A DNA stretch of 64,000 nt, from the NCBI GenBank assembly GCA_910580105.1, contig CAJTWN010000008.1, positions 8,610 to 72,609 on the forward strand, read 5' to 3'. Position numbers and translations under genes: made by a program. This DNA is from an uncultured Clostridia bacterium. Its GTDB lineage: Bacteria; Bacillota; Clostridia; Monoglobales; Monoglobaceae. Under the pieces are notes generated by a model that worked only from the letters and a program-made list of their open reading frames with translations, searched no databases and was not told where the DNA came from. Shown in pieces: positions 44,501 through 54,789 of the stretch. Positions within the stretch are counted from its first letter, which is position 1, and the number at the start of each line of letters is the position of its first letter.

Positions 44501-44877
44501 CTTTCTTCCTCCTGATAACATGAAGTTAAAAGTGCTTGCACTTCCTCCTTCTTTACACCCATTAATTTTGCCAGCCGAACCGCCTCCTGCAAATGTTCCA
44601 GAACCTCCTTCTGTCTTGACTGCTCAGCAAAGCCTTTACTCACTGCCGCCACATAAGAACCTTTCCCTGCCCGACTGAAGATAAATCCTTCTTTCTCCAA
44701 TTCTTCATAAGCCCTTTTGGTTGTTATCACACTGATTTTAAGCGCTGCGGCCAAACCGCGTATGGAAGGAAGCCCTTCCCCCTCCCGTAATTCTCCGCTT
44801 AACACCGCTGCCTTTATTTGATTTACAATTTGTAAATAAATCGGGGCTTCTATTGTATTGGATATTACAATATGCAC
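44497..44877 (-). CDS. GntR-family transcriptional regulator, YtrA subfamily
   Basis: 126 aa. Winged HTH LPSIRGLAAALKISVITTKRAYEELE and a short C-terminal dimerisation region. GTG start. Confidence 0.88.
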   Translation of the reverse strand: MHIVISNTIEAPIYLQIVNQIKAAVLSGELREGEGLPSIRGLAAALKISVITTKRAYEELEKEGFIFSRAGKGSYVAAVSKGFAEQSRQKEVLEHLQEAVRLAKLMGVKKEEVQALLTSCYQEEER

Positions 44878-44895
44878 GTATACACCGCCTTTCTC

Positions 44896-44938
44896 AACTG
44901 TATATATCGTATATTAACAGTATATACGATATATACAG
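44896..44938. promoter_or_regulatory. 18-bp perfect inverted repeat operator overlapping the GntR operon promoter
   Basis: ACTGTATATATCGTATAT-7 nt-ATATACGATATATACAGT. Minus-strand TTGACA (44947..44942) and TATACT (44923..44918) flank or overlap it. Confidence 0.6.
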
Positions 44939-44949
44939 TTTTGTCAAGC

Positions 44950-44980
44950 AAAAAAATAAACTCCGCAAAATACGGAGTTT
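44950..44980 (-). terminator. rho-independent terminator of rpmF
   Basis: AAACTCCG/CGGAGTTT stem plus ATTTTTTTG on the minus strand. Confidence 0.75.
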
Positions 44981-45005
44981 AAAAAAATATTCTTTTTTCT
45001 AAGCC

Positions 45006-45185
45006 TTACGCTTCAACACTGATAACTTCTTTCCCCTTATAAGTACCGCATGCTCTGCAAACTCTGTGCGGCATCTTGAGTTCACCACACTGTGGGCAAG
45101 CAACCATACCAGGAACAGAGAGTTTCCAGTTTGCTCTTCTTTTATCTCTTCTTGCTTTGGAAGTTTTTCTCTTTGGAACTGCCAT
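45006..45185 (-). CDS. rpmF: 50S ribosomal protein L32
   Basis: My own translation: [59 protein letters not shown] (59 aa). It is below the track's size cut-off. The overlapping 79-aa track ORF is in another frame. Confidence 0.9.
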   Translation of the reverse strand: MAVPKRKTSKARRDKRRANWKLSVPGMVACPQCGELKMPHRVCRACGTYKGKEVISVEA

Positions 45186-45265
45186 TTTCTACACCTCTTT
45201 CCATCCAAAATGAATACTATTGGGCAAAGCCCGAACAAAGATTTCTCTTTGCATATTCTACCATT

Positions 45266-45775
45266 TTATTCGTCTTTTAAAAGACTGTCCAAGACTTCAA
45301 ACCGAGGGTCAACCGGCCGTGCATCGCATGAACACACCCCATGGTTCAAATTCATTCCACACATAGGACACAATCCTTTGCATTCTTCCCTGCATAAATG
45401 CTTTGTAGGAAGATTCATAAACAAATTGTGATAAACCAAATCAGACAAGTCAATCATACTTCCGCTGAGAGGAAGTATATCCGGATTTTCTTCTATCCCA
45501 TCAGTAAATGCGTCCTCTTTTCGAAAACGTTCAGCTATTTCAAATTGTACCTCTTTTTCAAAAGGTTCCATGCATCGGTCACAAAAAAACCGGAGTTTTG
45601 CCTGACACTTGGCATCCAACGAAAGTGTTCCGCCAATATTGACAATTTGACCTTTCACCGAAACCGGATCTAAAACTTCAAATATGTCTTCTTTAAGCGG
45701 CTGTACTTCTACGCTTTCATTAAGCTCCATCCGCTTCCCGTCAAAGTTTAAAATCGGCAATATATTCAATTCCAT
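45266..45775 (-). CDS. yceD: YceD-family (DUF177) protein
   Basis: Conserved position upstream of rpmF and a C-terminal CxxxCxGLCxxCGxNLN motif. ATG at 45775 with AAGGAG RBS. Confidence 0.85.
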   Translation of the reverse strand: MELNILPILNFDGKRMELNESVEVQPLKEDIFEVLDPVSVKGQIVNIGGTLSLDAKCQAKLRFFCDRCMEPFEKEVQFEIAERFRKEDAFTDGIEENPDILPLSGSMIDLSDLVYHNLFMNLPTKHLCREECKGLCPMCGMNLNHGVCSCDARPVDPRFEVLDSLLKDE

Positions 45776-45890
45776 TTTGTTCTCCTTTTTAAATGCAGAA
45801 CATAAACAGACGGCAATTATTATACCTAATTCCCGCACATTTGTCAAGGATTTTATCTATTTTTTTCTACAAATTCAACTTTTCCTATTC

Positions 45891-46097
45891 TTATGCCTTG
45901 GCTGCAAGATAAGCGTTGATCTTTTCTATCAATACGTCCGGATCAACTCCGTGCACAAGCGCAGCCTGTTCAACACTTTCACCGCTGGCAGAAGGACAGC
46001 CCAAGCAGTGCATACCAATTTCAAAGAAAAATTCGGCTGTGCCCGGATCCAGCTGCAAAACATCCATTATAATCATATCTTTTGTTACTTGTTTCAT
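45891..46097 (-). CDS. DUF1858-like small redox/disulfide protein
   Basis: GMHCLGCP motif. About 68 aa. Confidence 0.65.
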   Translation of the reverse strand: MKQVTKDMIIMDVLQLDPGTAEFFFEIGMHCLGCPSASGESVEQAALVHGVDPDVLIEKINAYLAAKA

Positions 46098-46164
46098 AAC
46101 AAACACTCCTTATCATCAAAATATACTTTGTTATTATACCCTGATTCCACAAAAAATGCAACCT

Positions 46165-46788
46165 TTATTTCACCGCTGCATTTCCAAGATCTGCTGCCGC
46201 ATGATCATACAAAGTAAGTGCAGCTTCATATCCTTCTCTAAACGTATTCGCATTCTCTTTCAGTGACTGCACATTTCCCTTTTCTGCATCTGAAACAGAA
46301 GTTTCTACGTACGCACATACCTTACTAAGCGTGTACATTGCGTAGGCAAGATTTTTATGCAATTCTGCCTTCGGTTCCGGGACTATCATTTCTGCAATAT
46401 TAATTTCCCTTTCCCAATGTTTCAAATCCTCATAAAATTCACGGTAATCTTCACACCATTCCCGCACGTCTTCTGCGTCCTGAAGTTCCCCTATCTCTTC
46501 GGCCAACTCCTTCATATCATCATGAACACCTTCTCCAATTTCACTGAGATAAGATTGGATATAGGTGTCATATTTCGCCGAGAGCTGTTGTTTTGCAGTT
46601 TCACTTTTAAAGTTTCCAGCACCGTCAAGCATATCTGAAAACGGAAGCTGTGCATCTGCAGGAACCGTAGCCACAGCAGTCGCCGCCGGCGCTTTTGATG
46701 TCTGCATATTGTTGCTTACTTCACAGCCTGTAAATATGGTCAACATTATCATTACAGAAACAGTAACTGCAATCCTTCTGGTTTTCAT
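46165..46788 (-). CDS. putative lipoprotein
   Basis: Signal peptide with lipobox IFTGC. Acidic helical mature part. Confidence 0.6.
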   Translation of the reverse strand: MKTRRIAVTVSVMIMLTIFTGCEVSNNMQTSKAPAATAVATVPADAQLPFSDMLDGAGNFKSETAKQQLSAKYDTYIQSYLSEIGEGVHDDMKELAEEIGELQDAEDVREWCEDYREFYEDLKHWEREINIAEMIVPEPKAELHKNLAYAMYTLSKVCAYVETSVSDAEKGNVQSLKENANTFREGYEAALTLYDHAAADLGNAAVK

Positions 46789-46908
46789 TCCGTCATACCT
46801 CCAATACTTTTTAACCGGTCTATTATTTCTGCAATTTATCCCTCATAAGATACCGGATACTTTTTATCATCAGAAAGCCGCCCGCTTCAAAACGGGATAA
46901 TTTTCTAA

Positions 46909-47880
46909 TTAAAAACACTTTTTCATCTCCATTTGTGTTCCGGCAAAGAATTCATACCCACTCTTTTTATCTCTTTCAACCTGTGCGATCAATTCATCAA
47001 TACCCTGAAATTTCTGAATACCACGGATGAATTTTATAAACCGAACTGTAATTTCCTTTCCGTAAAGGTCGCCGGAAAAATCAAGAAGATGCGTTTCCAC
47101 ATTTTTTCTGTTCTTTTTCACCGTCGGCTTTTCCCCAATATTGGTTACAGAAGGATACCATGTCCCATCAATATTGGCCTGCGAAATATAGACTCCAAAA
47201 CGGGGTACCAAACCGGAAGGTATCTCCATATTCGCCGTCGGAAAACCAAATTTATGTCCCTGTCCGTTTCCATGGATCACCTCGCCGGAAAGAGTAAAAT
47301 ACCGTCCGAGATATTTTGCTGCCCTGTCTACTTCACCCGCTAATAAAAGTTCACGGATATGCGTACTCGAAACCACCTCTTCAAACTGTACACATGGCTG
47401 CACATAAAGGGTTATATCGTGTTTTTCACACAAAGCTGCAAGCCTTTTTACATCCCCCTGCCCACCTTGGCCAAAATGATAATTAAATCCTACGGACAAA
47501 AACTTTGCATCCAACTTATTCAATAAATATTCCTGAAAAAAATCGACATATGATTTCTGCATATATGCTTCGGTAAAACGTTCTGCCAATACCACTTCAA
47601 CACCTATTTCTTCAAGAATACGGCACTTCTCTTCAAAAGTATAAACCTGTTCTGTATTTTTATGAGAAACAACATTTGCAGGTAAATTTAAAAATAAAGA
47701 AACCACCGGAATCCGGCCGTTCTCTTTCGCATCCTGCACCGCCCTGCGAATAATCGCCGTATGCCCCACGTGCATCGCATCAAAGGTTCCCAGCGCTGCC
47801 GAAGTATTTTTAAGCTGCAATCCTTCCATGTCAAACCGGTTTTGCTCTGCATCCTGGATATAGACTTTCACAGCATACAC
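46909..47880 (-). CDS. ribF: bifunctional riboflavin kinase / FMN adenylyltransferase
   Basis: ALGTFDAMHVGH, plus GFPTAN and the kinase domain. Start uncertain (GTG at 47880 or 47871, or ATG further in). Confidence 0.92.
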   Translation of the reverse strand: MYAVKVYIQDAEQNRFDMEGLQLKNTSAALGTFDAMHVGHTAIIRRAVQDAKENGRIPVVSLFLNLPANVVSHKNTEQVYTFEEKCRILEEIGVEVVLAERFTEAYMQKSYVDFFQEYLLNKLDAKFLSVGFNYHFGQGGQGDVKRLAALCEKHDITLYVQPCVQFEEVVSSTHIRELLLAGEVDRAAKYLGRYFTLSGEVIHGNGQGHKFGFPTANMEIPSGLVPRFGVYISQANIDGTWYPSVTNIGEKPTVKKNRKNVETHLLDFSGDLYGKEITVRFIKFIRGIQKFQGIDELIAQVERDKKSGYEFFAGTQMEMKKCF

Positions 47881-47883
47881 CTC

Positions 47884-48789
47884 CTAACCGCTGATGCTCT
47901 GATAAAATGTCTTTAGTATCTTTAATTTTCCATCTTCCTCCTGGGAAATGGTCAGAAACCTGCCTTTCTCATCATATACCCGATAAATTTGCCCTTCACG
48001 AAGGCCGGCCACCGCCACACGGGTTCCATTACACATCTTCCCGGCTTTATGCGGCGTAAGAATAATTTTTTCGAATTCTTCAAAGACTTTATCAACGGAA
48101 ACAAAAAAAGAAAAATCTCCGCTGCTTGTCAGCATTTCAATTTCATCCAAGGTATAAGCCTCTGAAAGAGAAAACCGTCCGGATTGTGTCCTGCACAAAG
48201 CGGACATATGGGCATAACATCCCAGTTTTTCCCCAATATCGTGACAAAGTGTCCGTATGTAGGTTCCTTTTGAACAATTGACCCGTATGGTAAATTTCTT
48301 TTCCGAAAGATTGATACACAGAATTTCTATATTATCTATCCGAATCTTCCGCGGTTTTCTCTCTATCTCTTTCCCTTCACGGGCAAGTTCGTAAAGCTTT
48401 TTTCCATCCACTTTAATCGCGGAATACATTGGCGGTATCTGTTCACTCTCACCAAGAAATGTCATCACCGTATGCCGAATATCTTCTTCTGATACCAATA
48501 CATCCGCCGCTGCAATTACCTGTCCGGAAGCATCCTGGGTATCCGTTGCGCTTCCCAGCGTGACTTCTGCTTCATACTGCTTGTCCGCAGCTGTCAGCAT
48601 ATCTGCCGTCTTTGTCGCCCGTCCCACGCAAATCGGAAGAACACCACTTGCATCCGGGTCCAAAGTGCCGGTATGCCCTATCTTCTTTATGGACAATATT
48701 TTCCGCAGGCGATAGACCACATCATGCGAAGTCATTCCAACCGTCTTATAGACATTTATAATACCATCCATGCTGTCCTTCCTCCTCAT
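47884..48789 (-). CDS. truB: tRNA pseudouridine(55) synthase
   Basis: GHTGTLDPDASGVLPI catalytic Asp motif. Likely start MDGIINVYK at 48771. Confidence 0.93.
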   Translation of the reverse strand: MRRKDSMDGIINVYKTVGMTSHDVVYRLRKILSIKKIGHTGTLDPDASGVLPICVGRATKTADMLTAADKQYEAEVTLGSATDTQDASGQVIAAADVLVSEEDIRHTVMTFLGESEQIPPMYSAIKVDGKKLYELAREGKEIERKPRKIRIDNIEILCINLSEKKFTIRVNCSKGTYIRTLCHDIGEKLGCYAHMSALCRTQSGRFSLSEAYTLDEIEMLTSSGDFSFFVSVDKVFEEFEKIILTPHKAGKMCNGTRVAVAGLREGQIYRVYDEKGRFLTISQEEDGKLKILKTFYQSISG

Positions 48790-48801
48790 TGCTATTGCAT
48801 T

Positions 48802-49749
48802 TTACATCTGTTGTTGAATTTCCTGAAGCAACGCGTCCAAAACCTTTGGAAGTTCATTACTCTGCGGCGTATATCCGCTGGCCCGCATATGACCGCCGCC
48901 ACCCAGCCGGTCAGCGATGACCGATACATCAATATTCTCTGTTGAACGCAGACTTACCTTCAGTGTCCCATCCTCTCTTCCACGGATATAAACACCAACC
49001 TGCACCCCTTCAACACTAATTGGCAGAGTAACGATTCCTACAGCAGCACTTTCCATTATCCCAGACTGCACAAAATCTTCCGCAGTCAGATAAAGCACTG
49101 CAACTTTACCGTCCAGATACAGCGAGAGCTTATCAATTGCCTTTTTCATCAATGAATAATAGGCAATTGACTTTGTATCAAACAAAACTTTGGTAATTTT
49201 TGTACAATCTGCTCCCCGCTCCATCAATTTTGCTGCAACAATATGCGTCTGCGGCGTTACACAAGAATATTTGAAGTTTCCGGTATCACTTACCAAACCG
49301 ATATATAAATTATGTGCAATATCTTCACTCATCACAAGGTCCATTTCGGTATAAAGACCAAAAAGCAGTTCACAAGTTGAGGAAATATCCTGTACCACTG
49401 TCTCTTTTGCAAACGTCTTATGGGTGATATGATGGTCGATGGAAATTGTATTGGAAAATACTTCAAACACCTGCTGATAGCTTCCCAGACGAAAAGCATC
49501 ACCACAATCCAAAGCGACCATCAAATCACAATCAGCGAAAGCAATTCCCTCTTCCTCTTTACCGCGGACCAGGCGGTATGCCTGGGTATCACTGCCTGGG
49601 TTCAGAAAAACTTCTGCTGATTTTCCCATTTCTTTCAGGGCAAGCTTCAACGAATACGCACTGCCCATTGCATCGCCATCTGGATTGGTATGGGCAAAAA
49701 TTGCCACTTTTTTTGCTGCCTGCAAAATCGGTATCACCTTTTCAAACAC
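48802..49749 (-). CDS. nrnA: DHH/DHHA1 phosphoesterase (NrnA-like oligoribonuclease/pAp phosphatase)
   Basis: HTNPDGDAMGS, DHH (SIDHHITH) and GGGH motifs. Confidence 0.85.
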   Translation of the reverse strand: MFEKVIPILQAAKKVAIFAHTNPDGDAMGSAYSLKLALKEMGKSAEVFLNPGSDTQAYRLVRGKEEEGIAFADCDLMVALDCGDAFRLGSYQQVFEVFSNTISIDHHITHKTFAKETVVQDISSTCELLFGLYTEMDLVMSEDIAHNLYIGLVSDTGNFKYSCVTPQTHIVAAKLMERGADCTKITKVLFDTKSIAYYSLMKKAIDKLSLYLDGKVAVLYLTAEDFVQSGIMESAAVGIVTLPISVEGVQVGVYIRGREDGTLKVSLRSTENIDVSVIADRLGGGGHMRASGYTPQSNELPKVLDALLQEIQQQM

Positions 49750-49799
49750 AATTCCAGGCCTCCTTTTGACATGATAGAATCATGGATCCTATTCGCTGT

Positions 49800-50138
49800 C
49801 TACAATTTTTTTAACACTTCATTAATATGGGAACCATAGGCAATTGAATCGTCCAGCACAAAGGTGAACGCCGGTGTATTTCTTAGGTTCAGCCGATGTC
49901 CAACCTCCCTGCGGATGAAACCGGCCGCACTATCCAATGCAGCAACTCCATCCTTCTGTTTTTTCTCATCACCCAAAATGCTGATATATGCTTTTGCAAA
50001 TTTCAAATCTTTTGTCACCTTCACTGCAACCACCGACACCATCTCCGGGAGTCTTGGATCCTTCAGTTCCCGAATGATTGCACTGAGTTCCCGCTTTACT
50101 TCTTCAGAAATTCTATCTATTCGATTATAGTTTGCCAT
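49800..50138 (-). CDS. rbfA: ribosome-binding factor A
   Basis: RIDRISEEVKRELS, LRNTPAFTFVLD. Confidence 0.93.
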   Translation of the reverse strand: MANYNRIDRISEEVKRELSAIIRELKDPRLPEMVSVVAVKVTKDLKFAKAYISILGDEKKQKDGVAALDSAAGFIRREVGHRLNLRNTPAFTFVLDDSIAYGSHINEVLKKL

Positions 50139-50291
50139 AATTGCTCCATTCCGCCGCCCTGCCCGGCATTATACAGGAAAGAAAAACGTTCTTGTCCGCA
50201 GGGAAAAAATAACAAGAGATTGAACGGGAATCCTTTTCATATTCGCACTGATACTCCCCGAAAAGGAGAATCCGCATAAACATGGCAGCAA

Positions 50292-52541
50292 TTAATCCGG
50301 GCGAACCTCCTGCATGACATATGCTTCAATTACGTCGCCTTCTTTAATGTCATTGTAATTTTCAATGCTGATTCCACATTCATAGCCGGATGCAACTTCT
50401 TTCACATCATCCTTAAATCGTTTTAATGATCCAAGTAAGCCTTCATGAATGACAATACCATCGCGTACTACGCGCACACTGCTGTTTCTCTGTACCTTTC
50501 CGTCCGTCACATATGCACCGCCGATTGTACCGACACCGGATACTTTAAAGGTCGTTCTGATCTCAATATGTCCGGTCACTTCCTCACGGAAAGTCGGGGC
50601 AAGCATACCCTTCATTGCCTTTTCGATATCTTCGATGGCGTCATAAATAACTCGGTATAGCCGGATATCCACTTCTGCATTTTCTGCGGCAACGGTTGCA
50701 CCAGGCGTGGGACGTACATTAAAACCAACAATAATGGCATTGGAAGCACTGGCCAGCATAACATCTGATTCTGTAACTGCTCCTACTGCTCCATGAATCA
50801 CACGTACCCGGACTTCTTCATTGGTAATTCTCTCCAAAGACTGCGTGACCGCTTCAACACTGCCGTTCACGTCCGCCTTAACGATGATTTCCAATTCTTT
50901 CATCTTTCCTTCTTCAATACGTTCAAAAAGATTATCCAAAGATACTTTATTCATGCTCTGCTGGCGTTCTTGTTTTTCTTTGAATTTTCTTGCCTCCACC
51001 ACAGAACGGGCTTTCTTTTCATCATCTACAGCATAAAAAGCATCACCACCGGTTGGCACTTCAGAAAGACCCAAAATCTCCACCGGGATTGACGGCCCGG
51101 CTTTTTTCACGTTCCGTCCTTTATCGTCATTCATTGCACGTACACGACCAACACTGGTACCGGCTACAACAATATCTCCAACACGCAGTGTTCCGTTCTG
51201 TACCAGAACCGTCGCTACAGGACCACGGCCTTTATCCAGCTGTGCTTCTATAACCGTTCCCTTTGCCAAACGGTCAGGGTTGGCTTTAAGTTCTTTCATC
51301 TCTGCAACCAAAAGAACCATCTCCAAAAGCTTATCAATGTTCATATTCTTCTTCGCAGATACTTCCACACAGATGGTATCGCCGCCCCATTCCTCAGGGA
51401 CAAGATTATGCTCGGTAAGTTCTTGTTTGACGCGTTCCGGATTTGCGCCTTCTTTATCAATCTTATTAATTGCTACGATAATTGAAACTTCCGCCGCACG
51501 GGCATGATTGATTGCTTCAATGGTCTGCGGCATAATTCCATCATCCGCCGCAACCACCAAAATTGCAATATCTGTGACCAATGCACCTCTGGCACGCATT
51601 GCTGTAAACGCTTCATGTCCCGGCGTATCCAGGAAGGTAATCTTCTTATCACCTACGCGAACCCGATGCGCACCGATATGCTGGGTAATTCCTCCAAACT
51701 CCCCTTCGGTTACATTTGTATTTCGAATGGTATCCAAAAGGGATGTCTTACCGTGGTCTACATGGCCCATGACAACGACAACCGGAGACCTGGGCTTGAG
51801 CATCTCTTCCGTATCCTCAAAGTCGTTGAAAAGTCTATCCTCTTCTGTTACAATGATTTCCTTTTCAAAGGTGTATCCCATATCTTCTGCAATCAATGTG
51901 GCCGTATCAAAGTCGAGATTTTCGTTTACCGAGGCCATCACACCTAAAAGCATCAGCTTTTTGATAATTTCCGTCGCCGGCTTCTTCATCCGCTCTGCAA
52001 GCTCACCCACTGTAATCGCATCCGGAATCAGGACATGCGGCTTCACTTCCTCTTTAACCTTCTTTTCCTTCTTTTTCACAAGATCTTCAGGCTTCACCGC
52101 GGGTTTCTGCTGTTTTGTCCCCTGTTGTTTTGTCTTCTTCTTTTGGGTAATTTTCTGTTTTTTTGTTGGCTCCTGTTTTATATTCTCAGGAATTAATTCT
52201 TCAATTTTTTCATCATCAATCCGATCCAGGTCAACCGTATTTACTCTGGTATCCACCATACGAACTTTCCGGCCAATCTCAATCTCTTCCATTGGCTGTT
52301 CCGAAACAGCTGTTTCCTCCTGCGGCTGTTCAACCGGTTTTTCTTCCTCTTTTTCATACATAGAAAAATCAGTCACCTGATTCTTCTGTGTATAGTATTC
52401 AAAAATAACATCCAATTCATACTCGGAAAGTGCACTCATATGATTCTTCTGCGATACCTCATAATCGTGAAGAACCTTTACAATTTCCTTGCTGGGAATA
52501 CCAAAAGCTTTTGAAAGTTCATAAGCTCTGATTTTTTCCAT
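50292..52541 (-). CDS. infB: translation initiation factor IF-2
   Basis: [13 protein letters not shown]-domain. 749 aa with a charged linker. Confidence 0.97.
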   Translation of the reverse strand: MEKIRAYELSKAFGIPSKEIVKVLHDYEVSQKNHMSALSEYELDVIFEYYTQKNQVTDFSMYEKEEEKPVEQPQEETAVSEQPMEEIEIGRKVRMVDTRVNTVDLDRIDDEKIEELIPENIKQEPTKKQKITQKKKTKQQGTKQQKPAVKPEDLVKKKEKKVKEEVKPHVLIPDAITVGELAERMKKPATEIIKKLMLLGVMASVNENLDFDTATLIAEDMGYTFEKEIIVTEEDRLFNDFEDTEEMLKPRSPVVVVMGHVDHGKTSLLDTIRNTNVTEGEFGGITQHIGAHRVRVGDKKITFLDTPGHEAFTAMRARGALVTDIAILVVAADDGIMPQTIEAINHARAAEVSIIVAINKIDKEGANPERVKQELTEHNLVPEEWGGDTICVEVSAKKNMNIDKLLEMVLLVAEMKELKANPDRLAKGTVIEAQLDKGRGPVATVLVQNGTLRVGDIVVAGTSVGRVRAMNDDKGRNVKKAGPSIPVEILGLSEVPTGGDAFYAVDDEKKARSVVEARKFKEKQERQQSMNKVSLDNLFERIEEGKMKELEIIVKADVNGSVEAVTQSLERITNEEVRVRVIHGAVGAVTESDVMLASASNAIIVGFNVRPTPGATVAAENAEVDIRLYRVIYDAIEDIEKAMKGMLAPTFREEVTGHIEIRTTFKVSGVGTIGGAYVTDGKVQRNSSVRVVRDGIVIHEGLLGSLKRFKDDVKEVASGYECGISIENYNDIKEGDVIEAYVMQEVRPD

Positions 52542-52587
52542 ATATTCCTACACTCCTTTCGCGTTCCATTCCGTCCTCGACACAGCT

Positions 52588-52896
52588 TCAACTGCCAAAC
52601 TCTGCCAAAACAAAAAGCTGTTTTGAAAAATTTTCATCCGTAACCGCAGCAGTAACAACAAATTCCCTTCCTAAAGCTTTACCTAAACAATTCCGTTCTC
52701 CAGCTTCCAGAACCGGGACATTTCTGGAATTGCATAAATTTTTAAACTTCTTTTGGGTATTTTCTGACGCATCTTTTGCAAGCACCAGTACCGAAACCTT
52801 TCCACGGCGCAATGCTTCTGCTGCCTTCCCTTCTCCTACCAACACAGCTCCTGCCCGCATCGCCAGACCAAGCATCCCATAAAATTTATCATTCAT
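52588..52896 (-). CDS. ylxQ: L7Ae-family RNA-binding protein YlxQ
   Basis: LGLAMRAGAVLVGEG motif. Start MNDKF at 52896; the 155-aa track ORF is over-extended. Confidence 0.8.
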   Translation of the reverse strand: MNDKFYGMLGLAMRAGAVLVGEGKAAEALRRGKVSVLVLAKDASENTQKKFKNLCNSRNVPVLEAGERNCLGKALGREFVVTAAVTDENFSKQLFVLAEFGS

Positions 52897-53149
52897 CAGT
52901 ACCACCTGCCAACTTAGCGAGTTCTTCATATAGTTTATCATCAACTGCACAGGAAAATGCTCTTTCCAGCGCTCTTCTCTTTTGTGCCGTTTTGATACAC
53001 GCAGATGTTTTGCATATATAAGCGCCTCGGCCTTCTGCTTTTCCTGAAATATCAACTGTCATTTTTCCATCCTTCGCACGACAGATACGAAACAGCTGAT
53101 TTTTTTCCATGCGTTTTCGGCATACAGCACACATTCGGGTCGGACTCAT
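52889..53149 (-). CDS. ylxR: YlxR (DUF448) RNA-binding protein
   Basis: RMCAVCRK...GRGAYIC motif. 86 aa. Confidence 0.85.
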   Translation of the reverse strand: MSPTRMCAVCRKRMEKNQLFRICRAKDGKMTVDISGKAEGRGAYICKTSACIKTAQKRRALERAFSCAVDDKLYEELAKLAGGTDE

Positions 53150-54282
53150 TCTTCCACTTCCCCGGCTATGCCATCCATACCGCCTTCCTCCGGCACTTCT
53201 ATTTCTTCTTCGCCGCGTCCTTCATTTTTCATTGCAGCCACTTCATGATCCGGCATTGCTTTCAGGTCGATCTTCCATCCGGTCAGTCTCGCTGCCAGGC
53301 GCACATTCTGCCCCTCTCGGCCGATTGCCAAAGACAACTGACTTTCCGGAACCTTTACACTGCACATTTTTTTCTCTTCATCAACCTCAATGGAAACTAC
53401 ATCCGCGGGACTCAGTGCGTTTGCAACATATTCTGCCGGATTTTCACTATAACGGATAATATCAATTTTTTCACCGCGCAGCTCTTTTATAACCTCTTGT
53501 ACACGCATCCCTTTCGGGCCTATACAAGTACCAACCGGGTCAATACTCTCATTATTTGAATATACGGCCATCTTACTTCTGGAACCGGGTTCTCTTGACA
53601 GTGCTTTCACCTCGATTACACCGTCCGCAATTTCAGGCACTTCCAATTCAAACAGTTTACGTACCAAACCGGGATGTGAACGCGAAACAACCAAATGCAT
53701 ACCGCGCGCTGTATGCGCAACCTCCAATACAAAAACCTTATATCGCTCCCCAACTGCGTAATGGTCACTGCGCACCTGTTCGTTTGGCATCAAAACGGAT
53801 TCGGTACTTTCGATTTCCAACATTACATTGCGGCCGTCAATTTTCCGTACCATAGCAGTTGCAATATCATTTTCACGGTCTGAATACTCGTTGACCATTT
53901 TTTCACGCTCAGCCTCATGAATTCTTTGAAATACCACCTGCCGCGCAGTTTGGGCAGCAATGCGTCCAAAGGACGCCGGCGTCACTTCAAATTCCACAAT
54001 ATCACCCAAGCCGTATTTTTCGTTTATCCGCTTTGCCTCATCAATTGAAATTTCTGTTTCTTTATCTTCTACCTCTTCAACCACACGCTTGTGCGCAAAA
54101 ATCTTTATCGAACCGTCTTCTTCGTTAAAAACTACACCTACATCCTGTACAGCGCCGAAATGTTTCCGGTAAGCGGAAATCAAAGCGCTTTCCAACGCGT
54201 CCAAGATGATATCTTTGCTGATTCCTTTTTCTTCTTCAATCATTTCCAATGATTCAAACAACTCTGAACTCATTTTTTCCAA
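53146..54282 (-). CDS. nusA: transcription termination/antitermination factor NusA
   Basis: N-terminal domain plus S1 plus two KH domains. 378 aa. Confidence 0.96.
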   Translation of the reverse strand: MEKMSSELFESLEMIEEEKGISKDIILDALESALISAYRKHFGAVQDVGVVFNEEDGSIKIFAHKRVVEEVEDKETEISIDEAKRINEKYGLGDIVEFEVTPASFGRIAAQTARQVVFQRIHEAEREKMVNEYSDRENDIATAMVRKIDGRNVMLEIESTESVLMPNEQVRSDHYAVGERYKVFVLEVAHTARGMHLVVSRSHPGLVRKLFELEVPEIADGVIEVKALSREPGSRSKMAVYSNNESIDPVGTCIGPKGMRVQEVIKELRGEKIDIIRYSENPAEYVANALSPADVVSIEVDEEKKMCSVKVPESQLSLAIGREGQNVRLAARLTGWKIDLKAMPDHEVAAMKNEGRGEEEIEVPEEGGMDGIAGEVEE

Positions 54283-54306
54283 TCCATCCTTTCTATATTT
54301 AAACCG

Positions 54307-54777
54307 CTAAAAGTCAAAATGTAATTTGACATACGTCGTTTCCTTCTGTTCAAAAACAAATGTTCCCTGTTCATTTTCAACCGTAAGCTGCCCATTCTGA
54401 TAATCTTTCAAGACAGCAGTCATCATCTTTGCCCCTTGCACAGCTTTATAAAACCCGATGTCCACCATTTCACCCAAATAACGCCGAAAATGTTCTTCCG
54501 TCCGCAGTTTTCGCTCAATTCCGGGCGAACATACTTCCAAATAATAATTTTGCTGAATTGGATCTGTCTTATCAATCTCTTCACTGAATGCCCGGCTGAT
54601 TACCTCACATTCATCCAAGGAAATTGGCTGTTCTTCTTTGTCCACAAAAATACGAAGAAAATACATCCCGCCTTCTTTTACAAATTCCACATCATAGAGA
54701 TAGCATCCATTTTTTTCCGCAATTGGCTGGGCAATCTGAACCGCTATTTGTTCTATTTTTGAATATCCCACAGGCAA
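54307..54777 (-). CDS. rimP: ribosome maturation factor RimP
   Basis: 156 aa. Conserved position 5' of nusA. Start is TTG at 54777 or GTG at 54771 (AAGGAGG RBS). Confidence 0.9.
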   Translation of the reverse strand: MPVGYSKIEQIAVQIAQPIAEKNGCYLYDVEFVKEGGMYFLRIFVDKEEQPISLDECEVISRAFSEEIDKTDPIQQNYYLEVCSPGIERKLRTEEHFRRYLGEMVDIGFYKAVQGAKMMTAVLKDYQNGQLTVENEQGTFVFEQKETTYVKLHFDF

Positions 54778-54789
54778 ACCTCCTTACCG

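Noticed and set aside
44999-45238. 79-aa minus-strand ORF from the track.
   Set aside because: It is out of frame with, and fully overlaps, the genuine rpmF (L32) gene, and its translation is low-complexity.
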